Source: Malacoraja senta (taxonomy: Eukaryota). Taken from it: a DNA stretch of 64,000 bases. The stretch's first letter is position 1; each line of letters starts with the position of its first letter. The notes beneath the pieces are model-generated. The model worked only from the letters and a program-made list of their open reading frames with translations, did not search any database and was not told where the DNA came from. Location of the stretch: assembly GCA_038087875.1 (NCBI GenBank), contig JAXLNO010003457.1:1-64000 (forward strand), read 5' to 3'. Positions 62,543 through 64,000 of the stretch are shown in pieces. The translations under genes and the position numbers were made by a program.

Positions 62543-64000
62543 AGCCTGAAGCCAAAGTCTTTTCAATAGTTGACTTACAACATGCATTCTTTTCTCTTCC
62601 TCTTCATGAAGACAGCCTGTATTTGTTTGCCTTCACCTATAAGGGACAACAATATACACAGTTTAAGGATAAAGGGGAAGTCTTCTAGCATCGAGATGAA
62701 AACATTTTTTTTCACACAAAGAGTGGTGAATCTGTGGAATTCTCTGCCACAGAAAGTAGTTGAGGCCAGTTCATTGGCTATATTTAAGAGGGAGTTAGAT
62801 GTGGCCCTTGTGTCTAAAGGGATCAGGAGGTATGGAGAGAAGGCAGGTACAGGTTACTGAGTTGGATGATCAGCCATGATCATATTGAATGGCGGTGCAG
62901 GCTCGAAGGGCCGAATGTCCTACTCCTGCACCTATTGTCTATGTTTCTATACCTAGACCAGGTTGCCTCAAGGATTTGTCAACTCGCCTACATTGTTTTC
63001 CAGGTGTCTGCAGGATCAGCTAAGTACATTAAAGTTTAAAATGAATTCCACATTGGTGCAGTATGTTGATGACCTATTGGTAGCAAGTAAGGATGAATCC
63101 AGTAATCCGGAAGACACTGCACAATTACTGAATCATCTAGCCGATCTAGGATATGTGGTTTCCCCATCAAACGTATTAGTAGCTCAGGAGAAAGTAACAT
63201 TTCTAGGGATTATAATTTCGGCCACCGAAAGAAGTCTTGAGAAGAGCAGACTCTAACCTATTTGTGAATTTCCAGTTCCAAAAGAAGCCAAACAAGTGAG
63301 GCAATGGCTTGGCATGGTCAATTATTGCAGACCCTGGATTCCAAATATAGCTCTAGAGACCAAGGAGCTAACACCCTATACCAGCAAGGAGGGTGAATTT
63401 AAACTGACATGAGAGGCACAGGAAGCATTTGAGAACTTGAAAAGATCATTGATGCGAGCCCCGCCATTGGGAAGGCCATTATACGATCGTCCCTTCCAGC
63501 TGCATTGTACAATTCTATCTGATTGTACAACTTCAGTATTAATGCAAAAGCATGGGGATAGACATAGGCCAGTTGCATACTACTCCTCTAAATTAGACCA
63601 AGTACTCAAATCTCAGTACTCAGTAGATTTGCACTCAAATCTTAACTGCAATCTACAATAGTTTACAATCGGCTGCTAATTTGACACTCCAGCAGGAAAT
63701 TGTAGTGTACAGTCCACATTCGGTATCGGCATTGTTGGGGCAGCTTCAAACCCAGCATTTGACAATGGCCCGCCGAAATAAGTATGAGATCTACCTGCTA
63801 AACAATCTGAAATTACAGTTCAAGCACTGTACATTAATTAACCCAGCCTCTTTTCTTATTTCACCCCCAGAAGAGCGAGCAGAAGCAGGACACGACTGTC
63901 TATTTGTTACAGAGGAGGAAAAATCAGTGAGAGAGGACTTGAGGGATGTACCCAGGGAAAACCCTGACATCACATTATATGTGGACGGTAGTGCATCCAT
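62543..64000 (+). mobile_element. ERV pol fragment, unit 3 copy, interrupted by a short CR1 3' insertion (~62658-62947, TATAC duplicated)
   Basis: VDLQHAFFSLPLHEDSLYLFAFTYKGQQYT | CR1 | YT*TRLPQG. Confidence 0.9.

Larger units (their letters stand above)
52048..64000 (+). repeat. Tandem amplicon unit 3 (truncated by window end)
   Basis: Collinear with units 1 and 2 through to the ERV pol fragment. Confidence 0.9.

Overview
Vertebrate genomic DNA, probably a cartilaginous fish (skate or ray; inferred from CR1, L1 and Penelope repeat types, not proven). The main result is absent from the ORF track: an amplified cluster of intact, 3-exon, C-type natriuretic peptide (CNP/nppc)-like genes. Three complete copies lie on the minus strand (CDS 9251-9168+8764-8543; 34845-34762+34358-34137; 54176-54093+53689-53468). 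A fourth lies on the plus strand (exon 2 CDS 331-552), with exon 1 presumably just left of the window. Each complete copy encodes a 101-aa prepropeptide: a signal peptide ending AEA|KP, a basic prosegment, and a C-terminal 17-residue ring CFRLRMDKIGAMSKLGC-stop. The ring is atypical and very cationic. It is identical in all four copies, while the prosegment accumulates mostly non-synonymous changes. A CRE+TATA promoter (three complete copies), splice signals, an AU-rich 3'UTR exon and AATAAA are retained. The genes sit in an amplicon made of an inverted repeat (1-3541 / 5546-9093) plus tandem ~19-26 kb units (6869-32723, 32724-52047, 52048->64000). The two complete units each contain a further ~2.6 kb inverted repeat. 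The units are filled with CR1, L1, Penelope-like, L2-tail and class I ERV pol fragments. All coordinates and substitution counts were made by eye.
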